Source: an uncultured Gemmatimonadaceae bacterium
Lineage (GTDB): Bacteria; Gemmatimonadota; Gemmatimonadetes; Gemmatimonadales; Gemmatimonadaceae
Length of the DNA: 64,000 bases
Assembly: GCA_963740355.1 (NCBI GenBank)
Contig: CAVUDW010000002.1
Coordinates: 1,152,001-1,216,000, forward strand
Direction: 5' to 3'
The notes beneath the pieces were generated by a model. The model was given only the letters and a program-made list of their open reading frames with translations, was not told the origin of the DNA and made no database searches. A program made the translations under genes and the position numbers. Below, piece after piece: positions 20,144 to 30,025 of the stretch (positions are counted from its first letter, which is position 1; each line of letters starts with the position of its first letter).

Positions 20144-21009
20144 ATGTCTGAATTCGTCGACGACCTGCTCGAGCTGCTCGATCTCGAGCCGCTCGAGGTG
20201 AACATCTATCGCGGGCAGAACCGCGACATCGGCACGGGTCGGGTCTTCGGTGGACAGGTGTTTGCGCAGGCCCTGGTCGCGGCGCGACGGACGGTGGAAG
20301 GCGAGCGCGAGGCGCACTCGGTGCATGGGTACTTCATCCTGCCGGGCGATCTGAAGGCACCGATCGTCTACTTCGTCGATCGGCTGCGCGACGGCAACAG
20401 CTTCACCACGCGGCGCGTGACGGCGATCCAGCATGGGCAGGCGATCTTCAACCTGTCGGTCTCGTTCCAGATCGCGGAGACGGGATTCGAGCATCAGGAT
20501 GCGATGGCGACGGTGCCGGGGCCGGAGAAGCTGACCTCGGAGCTGGAGTTGATCCGCGACATGGCGGCACGGATTCCCGAGCCGCTGCGACCCGGTGCTG
20601 ACGCAGGAACGACCGATCGACTTCCGGCCGGTGGATCCGGTCGATCCCTTCGATCCCAAGCCGCGTGCGCCGGTGCGCCATGTCTGGTTCCGGTCACATG
20701 GCCCGCTGCCTGACGATCCGCTCCTCCATCAGGCGGTGCTGGCGTATGCCTCCGATCATGGCCTGCTGGGCACGGCGCTGTTGCCGCATGGGCTCTCGCT
20801 TCCGCACGCCGGGCATGCAGCTCGCGTCGCTCGACCACTCGCTCTGGATGCACCGGCCCTTTCGGGTGGACGAGTGGCTGCTGTACTCGATGGACAGCCC
20901 GATCACTGCGGGGGCGCGTGGTTTCGTGCGCGGCAGCATCTACGCGCGTGACGGCACACTGGTGGCATCGGTGGCGCAGGAAGGGTTGATGCGGGTGCGA
21001 CCGGTGTAG
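20144..21009 (+). CDS. tesB: Acyl-CoA thioesterase II, split by two apparent +1 insertions (about 20592 and 20799)
   Basis: VFGGQV, HSVHGYF, LRDGNSF, AYASD, ASLDHSLW and VAQEG lie across three frames; removing 2 nt gives 287 aa. Confidence 0.85.
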
Positions 21010-21050
21010 TAACCGGGTTCAGCGATCCGCGCCGGGCCGCGTAGTCCCGA

Positions 21051-21079
21051 TTGACGCGCACTGCGCTGCGCGGCACTCT
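21051..21079 (+). promoter_or_regulatory. Candidate sigma70 promoter for the acylase gene
   Basis: TTGACG-17 nt-CACTCT, followed by an ATG at 21110 with GGAG RBS. Confidence 0.35.
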
Positions 21080-21109
21080 CGGAGCACCGCCTGAACCCGG
21101 AGACCTGCC

Positions 21110-23428
21110 ATGTCGTCCCTTCGCGCCCGCTTGCTGGGCTGTCTCGCCCTGATCACCTGCGCCATCACGCCGCGACTGGCCGCGAGTCAGTCAGCGCCGG
21201 TGGATTCGCTGCGGATCCCGGGCCTCACAGCAGCGGTGGAGGTGCGGCGGGATCGTTGGGGTGTGCCGCACATCTACGCGAAGAATCAGTCCGACCTGTT
21301 TTTTGCGCAGGGTTTCGTGGCCGCGCAGGATCGCCTCTTCCAGATGGAGATGTGGCGCCGCCAGGGCGAAGGGCGATTGGCGGAAGTGCTGGGACCTGCA
21401 GCCTTTCAGCGTGATCGCGCCGCGCGACTGTTCAGCTACCGCGGCAACATGGCGCGTGAATGGGCGGCATACGGCGCGGATACGAAGTCGATCGTGACCG
21501 CGTTCGTCGCCGGCGTCAATGCGTACATCGCGCAGGCCGGTGATGCACTGCCGGTAGAGTTCACCACGCTTGGCTTCAAGCCTGAGCCGTGGAGCATCAC
21601 GGTGCCACTCGCCCGCGCGACGGGCTTGAGCGGCGTCTCGAATGGCTCGAGCGAGGTGCTGCGTGCGCAACTCGTCGCGGCCCTCGGCGCCGCAAAGGTC
21701 GACTCGTTGCTCCCGGCCGATCCGGTGCGGCGGCTCGATCCCGCGCCGGGGCTGGATCTGGCTGGCATCGGCGCCGCCTCACTGGGCGGCTTCGAAGGCA
21801 CCTTCGGCGATGTGGCGTACAACCGCATCGAAGGGTCGAACAACTGGGTCGTGAGCGGTGCCAAGACGGCGACGGCCAAGCCGATTCTCGCCAACGATCC
21901 ACACCGCGTGATCACCAATCCGGCGGTGCGGTATCTCACGCATCTCGTGGCACCGGGCTGGAATGTCATCGGCGCTGGTGAACCGGCAGCGCCGGGGGTG
22001 GCGATCGGACACAACGATCGGATCGCCTTCGGCCTCACTGTCGTCGGCATGGATCAGCAGGACGTCTACGTCGAGGCGCTCGGCAGCTGTCCCGGCGCGG
22101 CAGCCGGCACGCTCGGTTGCTACAAGCACCGCAGCGCCATGCGCGCGATCAGCACCCGTATCGACACGATTCGCGTCAAGGGTGAATCACCGCGGGTGGT
22201 CACGCTGCAGTTCACCGTGCATGGGCCGATCGTGTCGATCGACAGCGCGCGCAAGCGTGCCTTTGCCATTCGCTCGGTGCACTCCGAGCCGGGCACGGCG
22301 AGTTACCTCGGCTCGCTGGCGATGGATCGTGCGCGCAACTGGGCACAGTTCGAAGCGGCGATGACACGCTGGTTGATGCCGAGTGAGAACATGATCTACG
22401 CCGATGTCGATGGAAACATCGGCTGGATTGCCGCTGGCCTTATGCCGAAGCGGGCCTGGAGTGGCCTGCTGCCGGTGCCGGGTGACGGTGCGTTCGAATG
22501 GACGGGCTTCGTTCCGGGCCGACAGTTGCCGCGCGCATACAACCCGAGCTCTGGCTTCATCAACACCTCGAACAACAACATCCTGCCGAAAGGCTACACG
22601 ACGCCGATTTCATACGAATGGGCGACGCGCTACCGGGTGGATCGTGTGCGCGATGTGCTGAGCCAGTCGAAGCGATTCACGATCGAGGATTTTGCGCAGC
22701 TGCAGCACGATGACCTGTCGTTGCTGGCAGGTGTGCTGGTACCGTCGCTGAAGACTGCGGCAGAGCGCGCGGGACTGGCGACGCGCGCCGACGTCAGCAT
22801 GCTCACGTCGTGGAACCAACGGATGTCGCGCGACCAGGTGGCTCCGACCCTTTTCTCGGCATGGGCGCCCGCGATCTATCGTCGGGCGATCGCGCGCGAA
22901 CTGGTCGGCCTGGGCGATGCGGCGAGAATGCTCGCCACGCGCCCGTCGTATGCCTGGCTGGAGCGGTATCTGCAACTGCACCAGGGGATGCCAGGAACCG
23001 ACTCGATCGTGCTCGGCGCCCTCGATGAGGCGACGGCCGAGGTGAACCGCCGGTTCGGCGCCGATCAGTCGGCATGGCGCTGGGGCACGGTGCATACCGC
23101 GCTGTTCAAGCACCCGCTGACGGCAGCCTATGACCTCAAGCCGGCGTCGCGGAGCGGTGACGGCAACACGGTCAACGTGACTGGCGGTGCAAACTTCAAG
23201 CAGACAGCCGGCGCCTCGTTCCGGGAAGTGATCGATCTCTCCGACTTCGACAAGTCGATCGTCACGAACGTGCCTGGCCAGTCGGCGGACCCGAGAAGTC
23301 CGCACTACTCCGACCTGCTCACGCTCTGGGCCGACGACAAGTACTTCCCGCTCGTGTACTCGCGCGAGCGGGTGGTGGCGGAGACGGAGCGGGTGACGTG
23401 GCTGATGCCGCGCAAGGGCGCGCGCTGA
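21110..23428 (+). CDS. Secreted penicillin acylase family (Ntn hydrolase) protein
   Basis: Signal peptide; RDRWGVPHIYA, AQDRLFQM, autocleavage GSNNW, LANDPH, PGQS..P.SPHY.D. Confidence 0.9.
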   Translation: MSSLRARLLGCLALITCAITPRLAASQSAPVDSLRIPGLTAAVEVRRDRWGVPHIYAKNQSDLFFAQGFVAAQDRLFQMEMWRRQGEGRLAEVLGPAAFQRDRAARLFSYRGNMAREWAAYGADTKSIVTAFVAGVNAYIAQAGDALPVEFTTLGFKPEPWSITVPLARATGLSGVSNGSSEVLRAQLVAALGAAKVDSLLPADPVRRLDPAPGLDLAGIGAASLGGFEGTFGDVAYNRIEGSNNWVVSGAKTATAKPILANDPHRVITNPAVRYLTHLVAPGWNVIGAGEPAAPGVAIGHNDRIAFGLTVVGMDQQDVYVEALGSCPGAAAGTLGCYKHRSAMRAISTRIDTIRVKGESPRVVTLQFTVHGPIVSIDSARKRAFAIRSVHSEPGTASYLGSLAMDRARNWAQFEAAMTRWLMPSENMIYADVDGNIGWIAAGLMPKRAWSGLLPVPGDGAFEWTGFVPGRQLPRAYNPSSGFINTSNNNILPKGYTTPISYEWATRYRVDRVRDVLSQSKRFTIEDFAQLQHDDLSLLAGVLVPSLKTAAERAGLATRADVSMLTSWNQRMSRDQVAPTLFSAWAPAIYRRAIARELVGLGDAARMLATRPSYAWLERYLQLHQGMPGTDSIVLGALDEATAEVNRRFGADQSAWRWGTVHTALFKHPLTAAYDLKPASRSGDGNTVNVTGGANFKQTAGASFREVIDLSDFDKSIVTNVPGQSADPRSPHYSDLLTLWADDKYFPLVYSRERVVAETERVTWLMPRKGAR

Positions 23429-23488
23429 TCCACGTCACCCACTGGAACATCAGTCCTGGTGCGTGCTTTCGTGTCAAGCCGTTCCTTC

Positions 23489-23510
23489 TGTCAGACCCGG
23501 GGGCGAAGTT
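23489..23510 (+). promoter_or_regulatory. Putative PafBC-dependent (RecA-NDp-like) promoter upstream of addB
   Basis: TGTCAG-ACCCGGGGGC-GA-AGT-T versus the actinobacterial TGTCRG-N10-TA-N3-T; one mismatch, exact spacing. Confidence 0.55.
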
Positions 23511-23580
23511 GAAGCATGCCCTCTACCTGTGCGCGCCATGATACCCATGCCCCCGGTTCGCCGAGGGTGAGCACTTCGCG

Positions 23581-26500
23581 ATGCCCGTGACCGATGCGCG
23601 CAATTCGCGGCTGCTGGAGTCGATCGTGCGCGTGAACGCGACACACCCGCACACGCGCAAGCGATTGCTGGGCGTGGACGTGAATCATGGCCGCGAGTTG
23701 TTGCTCGCCCTGGCGCGTCAGACGGGTGGCTGGGTTGGCTGGGAGGCCACCACGTTGCGCAGTATCGCTGACGACCTGTCCTTCGTGGCGCTCAGTGAGC
23801 GTGGCCTGCGCATCGCATCAGACGTCGAGCTGGCAGCGCTGGTGGCGGCCGCGTTCGAGCGTGTGATCGAGGCCGAGTTGGTGAGCCCGTCCTTTGCCGC
23901 GATGGCGCAGCACCGCGGTTTCCGCACCGCGCTGCAGGATTCGATCCTCGAGTTGCGGATGGCAGGCGTGACGGCATCGGAGCTTCGGGCCGCGTCAGAG
24001 GCCGGAAGTCCCGCGGCGCAGTTGGTGCCGGTGCTCCACGCCTACGACGCGGCATTGGTAGAGGCAGGGGTCGTCGATCCGGCCGGTGTCTTTCAGGTCG
24101 CGCTGGAGGCGTTTGCCGATGAAGCGCCATTCGTACTCGATGGTGTCACCGCACTGGTCCCCACACTCACCACGCGAGGGGTGGCCGGCGCATTGGTGCG
24201 CCGACTGGTCGATGCCGGCGCAATCCTGCTCGACGTCGATCGTGCCATGGCACGCAGTGCGAGTGAAATTGCAGGCGCCGCTGACGATTCTTTGCTGGCC
24301 CGACAAGACGATGACTTCGCGCGCTCGGTGCTCGGCTGGTCTCTGGCCACTCGCGTACCAGAGGCATCGCACCCGCAGTACGATGCATCACTGACGACGG
24401 TGGACCTGTTCGCGGCCTCGAGTCCGAGCGAAGAGTTGCGCGAGATCTGTCGGCGTGTGATGGGTGAACAACTGCGTTGGGACGACGTCGAGATCGCGAC
24501 CACCGACCCCGATACGTACGGAATCGCGCTCGATGCGTTGTGTCAGCAGCTGGGTATTGGCGCCACGATGCTGAAAGGCTTGCCGCTGGTTCGCACGCGG
24601 ATCGGTCGTGCGCTGGAGCGATGGTTTGCCTGGCTGGATAACGGCCTTCCCGCCGACGTGCTGCGTCAGGCGCTCGAGGCGGGTGAGATCTCGGTGAAGG
24701 CCACCAACATCGATGCGCACGACCTGGCACAGGAACTTCGCTCGCAGCGCGTGGGGTGGGGCAGGGCGCGCTACGACGACTTGCTGGCGCGGCTGGCTGC
24801 CGAGCATGCGGCGGTAGCGCTGGCTCGAGATGAGGACGAGACGCTCACGGAGCATCAGGTCCGGGCTGCAGCAAAGCTGCAGCGCGAGCGCGGCTTGGCG
24901 GATGTCGTGCGTGCGATGCTCGCGATCACGCCGCCGGTGCCTGAGCGCGGCAGTCACCTCGACGTGCCGACGACAGCGGCGCGTCTCGCCGCGGCCACAC
25001 TCCTCTACATCGCGCGGCTGGAACTGCGCGACGGCGCCGAGGAGCAGACCATGGAACGTCTCACGCGGCGACTGGGCCGATTGGCGGAGCTCGAGGAGGA
25101 CGAGGTCGACTTTGCCAGCGCGCTTGCGGGGCTGCGCGAGTCGCTCGCCGATTTACGCGCTTGGCCGCCGACTGGCATGGCGCGCAAGTCGTATCGCGCC
25201 GACGGTGGGATGTTGCACCTGACCGACCTGCCACATGCTGGTTCCAGTGGTCGGCGAAGGCTGTTCGTTACCGGCCTCGATGCGGAACGCACCAGTGGTA
25301 CGAGTCGACAGGATCCGCTGGTACCGGATGCCGTGCGTCGTGGTGTTGGCCGCGACCGGATGCCCGATACCGCCGATCGTCGGGCGCAGTGGCTGGAGCG
25401 GCTTGGCGTGTCACTGGCCTCGTTGCGTGGTCGCGTGACGCTGTCGTGGTCCACGCGCGGCGCTGATGGTCGCGATGCTGGCCCGTCGCCGCTGCTCCTG
25501 CAGGTGCAACGCGTTCTGGAGCACGATGCCACGCTGACCTTTGAACAGCTTCGACATCGCGTCTTGCCACCCGCCTGTGCCGTTCCGTCGACGTCCGGAG
25601 ACAACAGTGCACTGCTCGACGCACGAGATGTGTGGCTGCAGGCGATCGGTGGTGGAGCTCTGCTGCTCGATGCGACGGAGACGGTGCAGAGTGCATTCCC
25701 GATGCTCGATTCGGGATTGACGGCGCTTGACGCTGCGCAGTCAGGCGTGCTCTCCGCATTCCATGGTCTCGTTCCGGATGCTGGCCTTCGGCTCGATCCA
25801 ACGCGTTCCGATGCCAATGCGCTCTCACCGTCCGGCCTGGAAACACTGGGGAAGTGCCCGCTGCAGTGGTTCTACAGGTATGGACTTGGACTTCGCGCGC
25901 CGCAGGACCCGTCCTACGACACCGAGGCGTGGCTCGACGCCCTACAGCGTGGCAGCCTGCTCCACGAAGTCTTCGAGGCATTCGTCAAGGAACACATGGG
26001 CGCGCAGCAGCTGATTCTCGAACCGTCGGCGGACGATTCACTCAACACCATCGCGAAACGGACCATCGACCGCTGGCGCGCGCTCGTACCACCGCCCAGC
26101 GACAGTGTCTTTGCCGCCGAGTCGGCAGAGCTGCTCCGTGCCGCGCGGGCATTCCTCCAGATGGAGCGCGAGGCACTGCTCGGTGGCGGAGACGCCGAAT
26201 GGACGGCGATCGAATACGGGTTCGGCGAAACGACGCGTGCGACCTATCGCCTCGCTGACGGTCGCGAGATTTCGCTGCGCGGGCGCGCCGATCGCATCGA
26301 CCGGTTCGCCGACGGCTCGCTGCGCGTGGTTGACTACAAGACCGGCAAGCCTGCGAGCTACCAACCGGACGCGAAGAAGGCGGCATACAACGGCGGGCGC
26401 CTGTTGCAACCTGCACTCTACGCTGACGCGATTGGTGCTGCCCTGCAACAGTCGGTCCGGCGATTCGAGTACCGCTTTCCGACCGACCGAGGCGGCAACG

Positions 26501-26772
26501 CCATCGTTCCGTTCGACGCGGATGCCCTTGTCGATGCGCGCGGTGTGGTCACGTCGTTGGTGGATCACGTGCGCACTGGACGATTCCTGCCAACGACTGA
26601 TCCGCACGATTGTCGGCATTGCGATCACGCCCCCATCTGCCGTGTGTCGGTTTCGGATTTTGCGGTCGGGTCACCGCGCGCCGAGTGGGCGGCCGAGTTC
26701 GCGCTGTCGATACCGGAATACGACTCGATGCGTGCCCGTCGCGGCGAAACTGATGTGGAGGACACGGAATGA
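23581..26772 (+). CDS. addB: AddB-like subunit: degenerate helicase plus C-terminal PD-(D/E)XK nuclease with Fe-S cysteines
   Basis: LSPSGLE..GKCP, RGSLLH, LRGRADRID, VVDYKTG, LQPALY, CRHCDHAPIC; no Walker A motif. Confidence 0.85.
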   Translation: MPVTDARNSRLLESIVRVNATHPHTRKRLLGVDVNHGRELLLALARQTGGWVGWEATTLRSIADDLSFVALSERGLRIASDVELAALVAAAFERVIEAELVSPSFAAMAQHRGFRTALQDSILELRMAGVTASELRAASEAGSPAAQLVPVLHAYDAALVEAGVVDPAGVFQVALEAFADEAPFVLDGVTALVPTLTTRGVAGALVRRLVDAGAILLDVDRAMARSASEIAGAADDSLLARQDDDFARSVLGWSLATRVPEASHPQYDASLTTVDLFAASSPSEELREICRRVMGEQLRWDDVEIATTDPDTYGIALDALCQQLGIGATMLKGLPLVRTRIGRALERWFAWLDNGLPADVLRQALEAGEISVKATNIDAHDLAQELRSQRVGWGRARYDDLLARLAAEHAAVALARDEDETLTEHQVRAAAKLQRERGLADVVRAMLAITPPVPERGSHLDVPTTAARLAAATLLYIARLELRDGAEEQTMERLTRRLGRLAELEEDEVDFASALAGLRESLADLRAWPPTGMARKSYRADGGMLHLTDLPHAGSSGRRRLFVTGLDAERTSGTSRQDPLVPDAVRRGVGRDRMPDTADRRAQWLERLGVSLASLRGRVTLSWSTRGADGRDAGPSPLLLQVQRVLEHDATLTFEQLRHRVLPPACAVPSTSGDNSALLDARDVWLQAIGGGALLLDATETVQSAFPMLDSGLTALDAAQSGVLSAFHGLVPDAGLRLDPTRSDANALSPSGLETLGKCPLQWFYRYGLGLRAPQDPSYDTEAWLDALQRGSLLHEVFEAFVKEHMGAQQLILEPSADDSLNTIAKRTIDRWRALVPPPSDSVFAAESAELLRAARAFLQMEREALLGGGDAEWTAIEYGFGETTRATYRLADGREISLRGRADRIDRFADGSLRVVDYKTGKPASYQPDAKKAAYNGGRLLQPALYADAIGAALQQSVRRFEYRFPTDRGGNAIVPFDADALVDARGVVTSLVDHVRTGRFLPTTDPHDCRHCDHAPICRVSVSDFAVGSPRAEWAAEFALSIPEYDSMRARRGETDVEDTE

Positions 26773-29700
26773 TCGAGGCAGCGCCGGATCAGGCAGCGCG
26801 AGACCGTATTCAGACGGACCTGGCCACCAACCTGCTCGTCGAGGCGGGCGCGGGTTCGGGAAAGACAACCGCACTCGTCGCTCGGTTGCTCGAGCACGTG
26901 CTGAACGGAACGCCGGTCGAGCAGCTGGCGGCCGTGACGTTCACCCGCAAGGCCGCCGACGAACTGCGCGAGCGTTTCCAGATGCAGCTGGAACGGGTCG
27001 TGCGCGAGGGTGCTGGCAACAACGAACGAAACGAGCGCTGCGCGACTGCGTTGCGTGACCTCGAGCGGGCCTTCCTTGGCACGATTCACTCGTTCTGCGC
27101 GCGGCTGCTGCGTGAGCGCCCCATCGAGGTGGGCCTCGATCCTGATTTCGAGGAGATCGCCGACATCGAGGACGAGTCGCTGACGCGTGAATTCTGGCGC
27201 GACTGGATCGATGCGGCGCGACGACTCGACGCAGAGGACGTGCAGGCCCTCTACGCATGCGGGCTCGACCCGTCGGACCTGCACGACGCCTTCGCACGAG
27301 CCAAGACGTTCCACGACGTGGCGTTTCCAGCGCCACCCGTGGACATGCCGGACGTCGCCGCGTGTATGCAGCAGCTGTCGCTGTTGCTCGATCGCGCACG
27401 ACAGATGATGCCAGCGGTCCTGCCACCGGAAGGTCCGGATAAGCTGATGCAGCTGGTGCAGCGGCTCCAGTTCCATCGCAGTGTTGCCGACTGGAGCGAG
27501 CCGGTGACCGGATGTGCGCTGCTGGAGTCACTCACTGAATCGCAGATGGCGGTCGTGCAGAAGCGATGGAGTGCCGACAAGAGTGGCAAGGAGGCGGCCA
27601 AGCTCCTGGGCGAGGAGTTCGTTGCACTGCTCACGGACCGTGCGGCACCGCTGATTCGTGCATGGCGCGAGTATCGCTACCCCGTCGTGATGCGCGTCCT
27701 GCAACGCGCCGTGGGAGATTTCGCGGAGCAACGACACACCTCCGGGCGCCTCGGCTTCGATGACCTCCTGCTGCTCTGTGCCCGCCTGCTGCGGGAGCAT
27801 CCGGTGGTGCGAAACGAACTGGGTGAGCGCTATCGATATCTGCTCGTCGACGAGTTCCAGGACACCGATCCAGTGCAGGCGGAGGTATGCCTGTTGCTCT
27901 CCTCGGACGCCGCGCAAGGCAATGATTGGCAGGCTGTCACGCCACGTCCCGGCGCGCTCTTCGTGGTGGGCGACCCGAAACAGAGCATCTACCGCTTCCG
28001 CCGTGCTGACATCCAGATCTACGAACGGGTGAAGCAGCGATTCGAGAGTTTCGGTGCCACGTTGTCGCTGACGTCGAATTTCCGGTCGACGGCGGCGATC
28101 GGTGCGCTGGTGAACGCACACTTCGAGCAGGTGTTTCCGGCGGTGGCGAGTGGCCAGCAAGCGGCGTTCAGTCCACTCATCGCGACACGTGATGCGTCCG
28201 GCGCACCGACCGAAGGGATCAAGCGATACGTCGTGCAGTGGACGTCCGGCGGCGCGGAGGCCGTCGTGGCCGCAGACGCCACGCTCGTCTCGGCGTGGAT
28301 CGCATCCCGCATCGCGGCAGGTGAACTGCCTGGCAACTTCCTCGTGCTCACCGGTCGCAAGGCTCCGATCGCCAGTTATGCACGCGCATTGGCCGAGCGC
28401 AACATCCCGGTGACGACGACAGGCGCAAACCTGACGCAGGAACATGAACTGCTCGAAGTGCTGGTGGTGTTGCGCGCGCTCGCAGATCCGGGTAACGGGG
28501 TGCTGGTTGCAGCCGCGCTGGAAGGACTGTTCTTCGGGCTGAGTCCGGCCGATCTGTACGCGGCGCGGCAGGCCCACGTCGCGTTCTCGATTGCCGCGCC
28601 AGTGGTGGGCGACACACTTCCAGCGCAGCGCGCGCTGTCGGTCCTCCGACGCTGGTGGGAGTTCTCGCGTCAGCATCCGACCGATGTGCTGCTCGAGCGC
28701 ATCTTCGATGAGACCGGCTTGTTGTTCCACGCGGCCGGCTCGGTGCTTGGCGACGCACGAGCCGGTGCACTGCTGCACCTGGTCGAGGCCGTGCGCGCCG
28801 AGGCGAGTGTGGGGCGTAGCGGTTTGATCGAGGCCATGGAACTACTGCAGACGCTGCTCGATGGTGATGCGGACGATGCACCGTTGCGGCCGGGCCGCTC
28901 CGATGCCGTGCGGATCATGAACCTGCACAAGGCGAAGGGGCTCGAGGCGGAGATCGTGATTCTCGCCGCACCGACGGACCTGCGGGAACATGAGCCCGAC
29001 GTACACGTCACCCGCGCAGCACATGGCGCAGCCACTGGTGGCCTGCTCATTACACGCGGCAGTGGTAACCAGAAGCAGCGGCTGGCGCAGCCTGTCGGCT
29101 GGGATGAGATGCAGGCCACCGAATCGCTGTTCCAACGCGCCGAGGCGGAGCGGCTGCGGTACGTCGCGACGACGCGCGCAAAACGAGTGCTGGTGGTCGC
29201 GCAGGCCGAGAAGATCGGTACGTCGTCCAAGCCCGATGCCTCGATGTGGCGTCCGCTGGCCAAGACGGTCGACGCGATGGCCGGTGACCCGCTGGAAATC
29301 GCTGTGCGTCCCGCGGCAGGTCGGCTCACGCTCGACATCGGCGCTGATGCGCTCGTAGGTCGCGCAGAAGCGGCGCGCGAGCGAGTTGCGGCGGCGCGCA
29401 CACCGTCGCTGATCGTCGAGACGGTCACTGGTACGGTCAAGGGTGATAACGCCTACGCTGAGCCGGTGCCGAACCGGTCACGGCTCGAGGGTCGAAAGTG
29501 GGGCACCGCAGTGCATCGCTGCATCGATGCCCTGGTCCGCGGACGGACCGGTGCGGGCTTGCACAGCTTCGCCCGGGCCGTGCTCAGCGACGAGCGGCTC
29601 GATGCCAGTGTCTTGCCACGTCTGCTGCAGCTGCTCGACGACGTCGAGCGCTCCGAGACCTGGCGCACCCTTCGGGACGGTGGCGTGCCGCTGTCGGAAC

Positions 29701-29945
29701 TCTCGGTGATGCGCGCCGAGACTCGCGATGATCGCGTGGTCGTGACGGAAGGGGTGATCGACCTCGCCGTGGAGACCACGGCAGGCTGGCGCGTCGTCGA
29801 CTGGAAGTCTGACGTGACTGATGTGGTGGGCTGGGCCGATCGGGTGGTGAAGTACGAGGCGCAGGTCGCACGGTACGCCGAGTTGTTGGCGCAGGTGACG
29901 GGTCGACCAGGCGTTGGTGTGATCGAGAGGGTCGGTCAGGACTGA
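26769..29945 (+). CDS. addA: AddA-like UvrD helicase-nuclease
   Basis: EAGAGSGKT, TFTRKAA, TIHSFC, VDEFQDT, VGDPKQSIYRFRRAD, NFRS, LHKAKGLE, YVATTRA; nuclease GVIDL..VVDWK; ATGA overlap with addB. Confidence 0.9.
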   Translation: MIEAAPDQAARDRIQTDLATNLLVEAGAGSGKTTALVARLLEHVLNGTPVEQLAAVTFTRKAADELRERFQMQLERVVREGAGNNERNERCATALRDLERAFLGTIHSFCARLLRERPIEVGLDPDFEEIADIEDESLTREFWRDWIDAARRLDAEDVQALYACGLDPSDLHDAFARAKTFHDVAFPAPPVDMPDVAACMQQLSLLLDRARQMMPAVLPPEGPDKLMQLVQRLQFHRSVADWSEPVTGCALLESLTESQMAVVQKRWSADKSGKEAAKLLGEEFVALLTDRAAPLIRAWREYRYPVVMRVLQRAVGDFAEQRHTSGRLGFDDLLLLCARLLREHPVVRNELGERYRYLLVDEFQDTDPVQAEVCLLLSSDAAQGNDWQAVTPRPGALFVVGDPKQSIYRFRRADIQIYERVKQRFESFGATLSLTSNFRSTAAIGALVNAHFEQVFPAVASGQQAAFSPLIATRDASGAPTEGIKRYVVQWTSGGAEAVVAADATLVSAWIASRIAAGELPGNFLVLTGRKAPIASYARALAERNIPVTTTGANLTQEHELLEVLVVLRALADPGNGVLVAAALEGLFFGLSPADLYAARQAHVAFSIAAPVVGDTLPAQRALSVLRRWWEFSRQHPTDVLLERIFDETGLLFHAAGSVLGDARAGALLHLVEAVRAEASVGRSGLIEAMELLQTLLDGDADDAPLRPGRSDAVRIMNLHKAKGLEAEIVILAAPTDLREHEPDVHVTRAAHGAATGGLLITRGSGNQKQRLAQPVGWDEMQATESLFQRAEAERLRYVATTRAKRVLVVAQAEKIGTSSKPDASMWRPLAKTVDAMAGDPLEIAVRPAAGRLTLDIGADALVGRAEAARERVAAARTPSLIVETVTGTVKGDNAYAEPVPNRSRLEGRKWGTAVHRCIDALVRGRTGAGLHSFARAVLSDERLDASVLPRLLQLLDDVERSETWRTLRDGGVPLSELSVMRAETRDDRVVVTEGVIDLAVETTAGWRVVDWKSDVTDVVGWADRVVKYEAQVARYAELLAQVTGRPGVGVIERVGQD

Positions 29946-30025
29946 CACTGCGCCAGAGAAAGTATCAAAAACGTATGAAGCTGTAGTGCGCGATCTCGAC
30001 CTCCACGTCCTTCTCCGTCCATCTG

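Noticed and set aside
29926..29947. Minus-strand TGTCAG at the end of addA as a second PafBC site
   Set aside because: Followed by N10-CC-N3-T, lacking the conserved A, and it points antisense into addA
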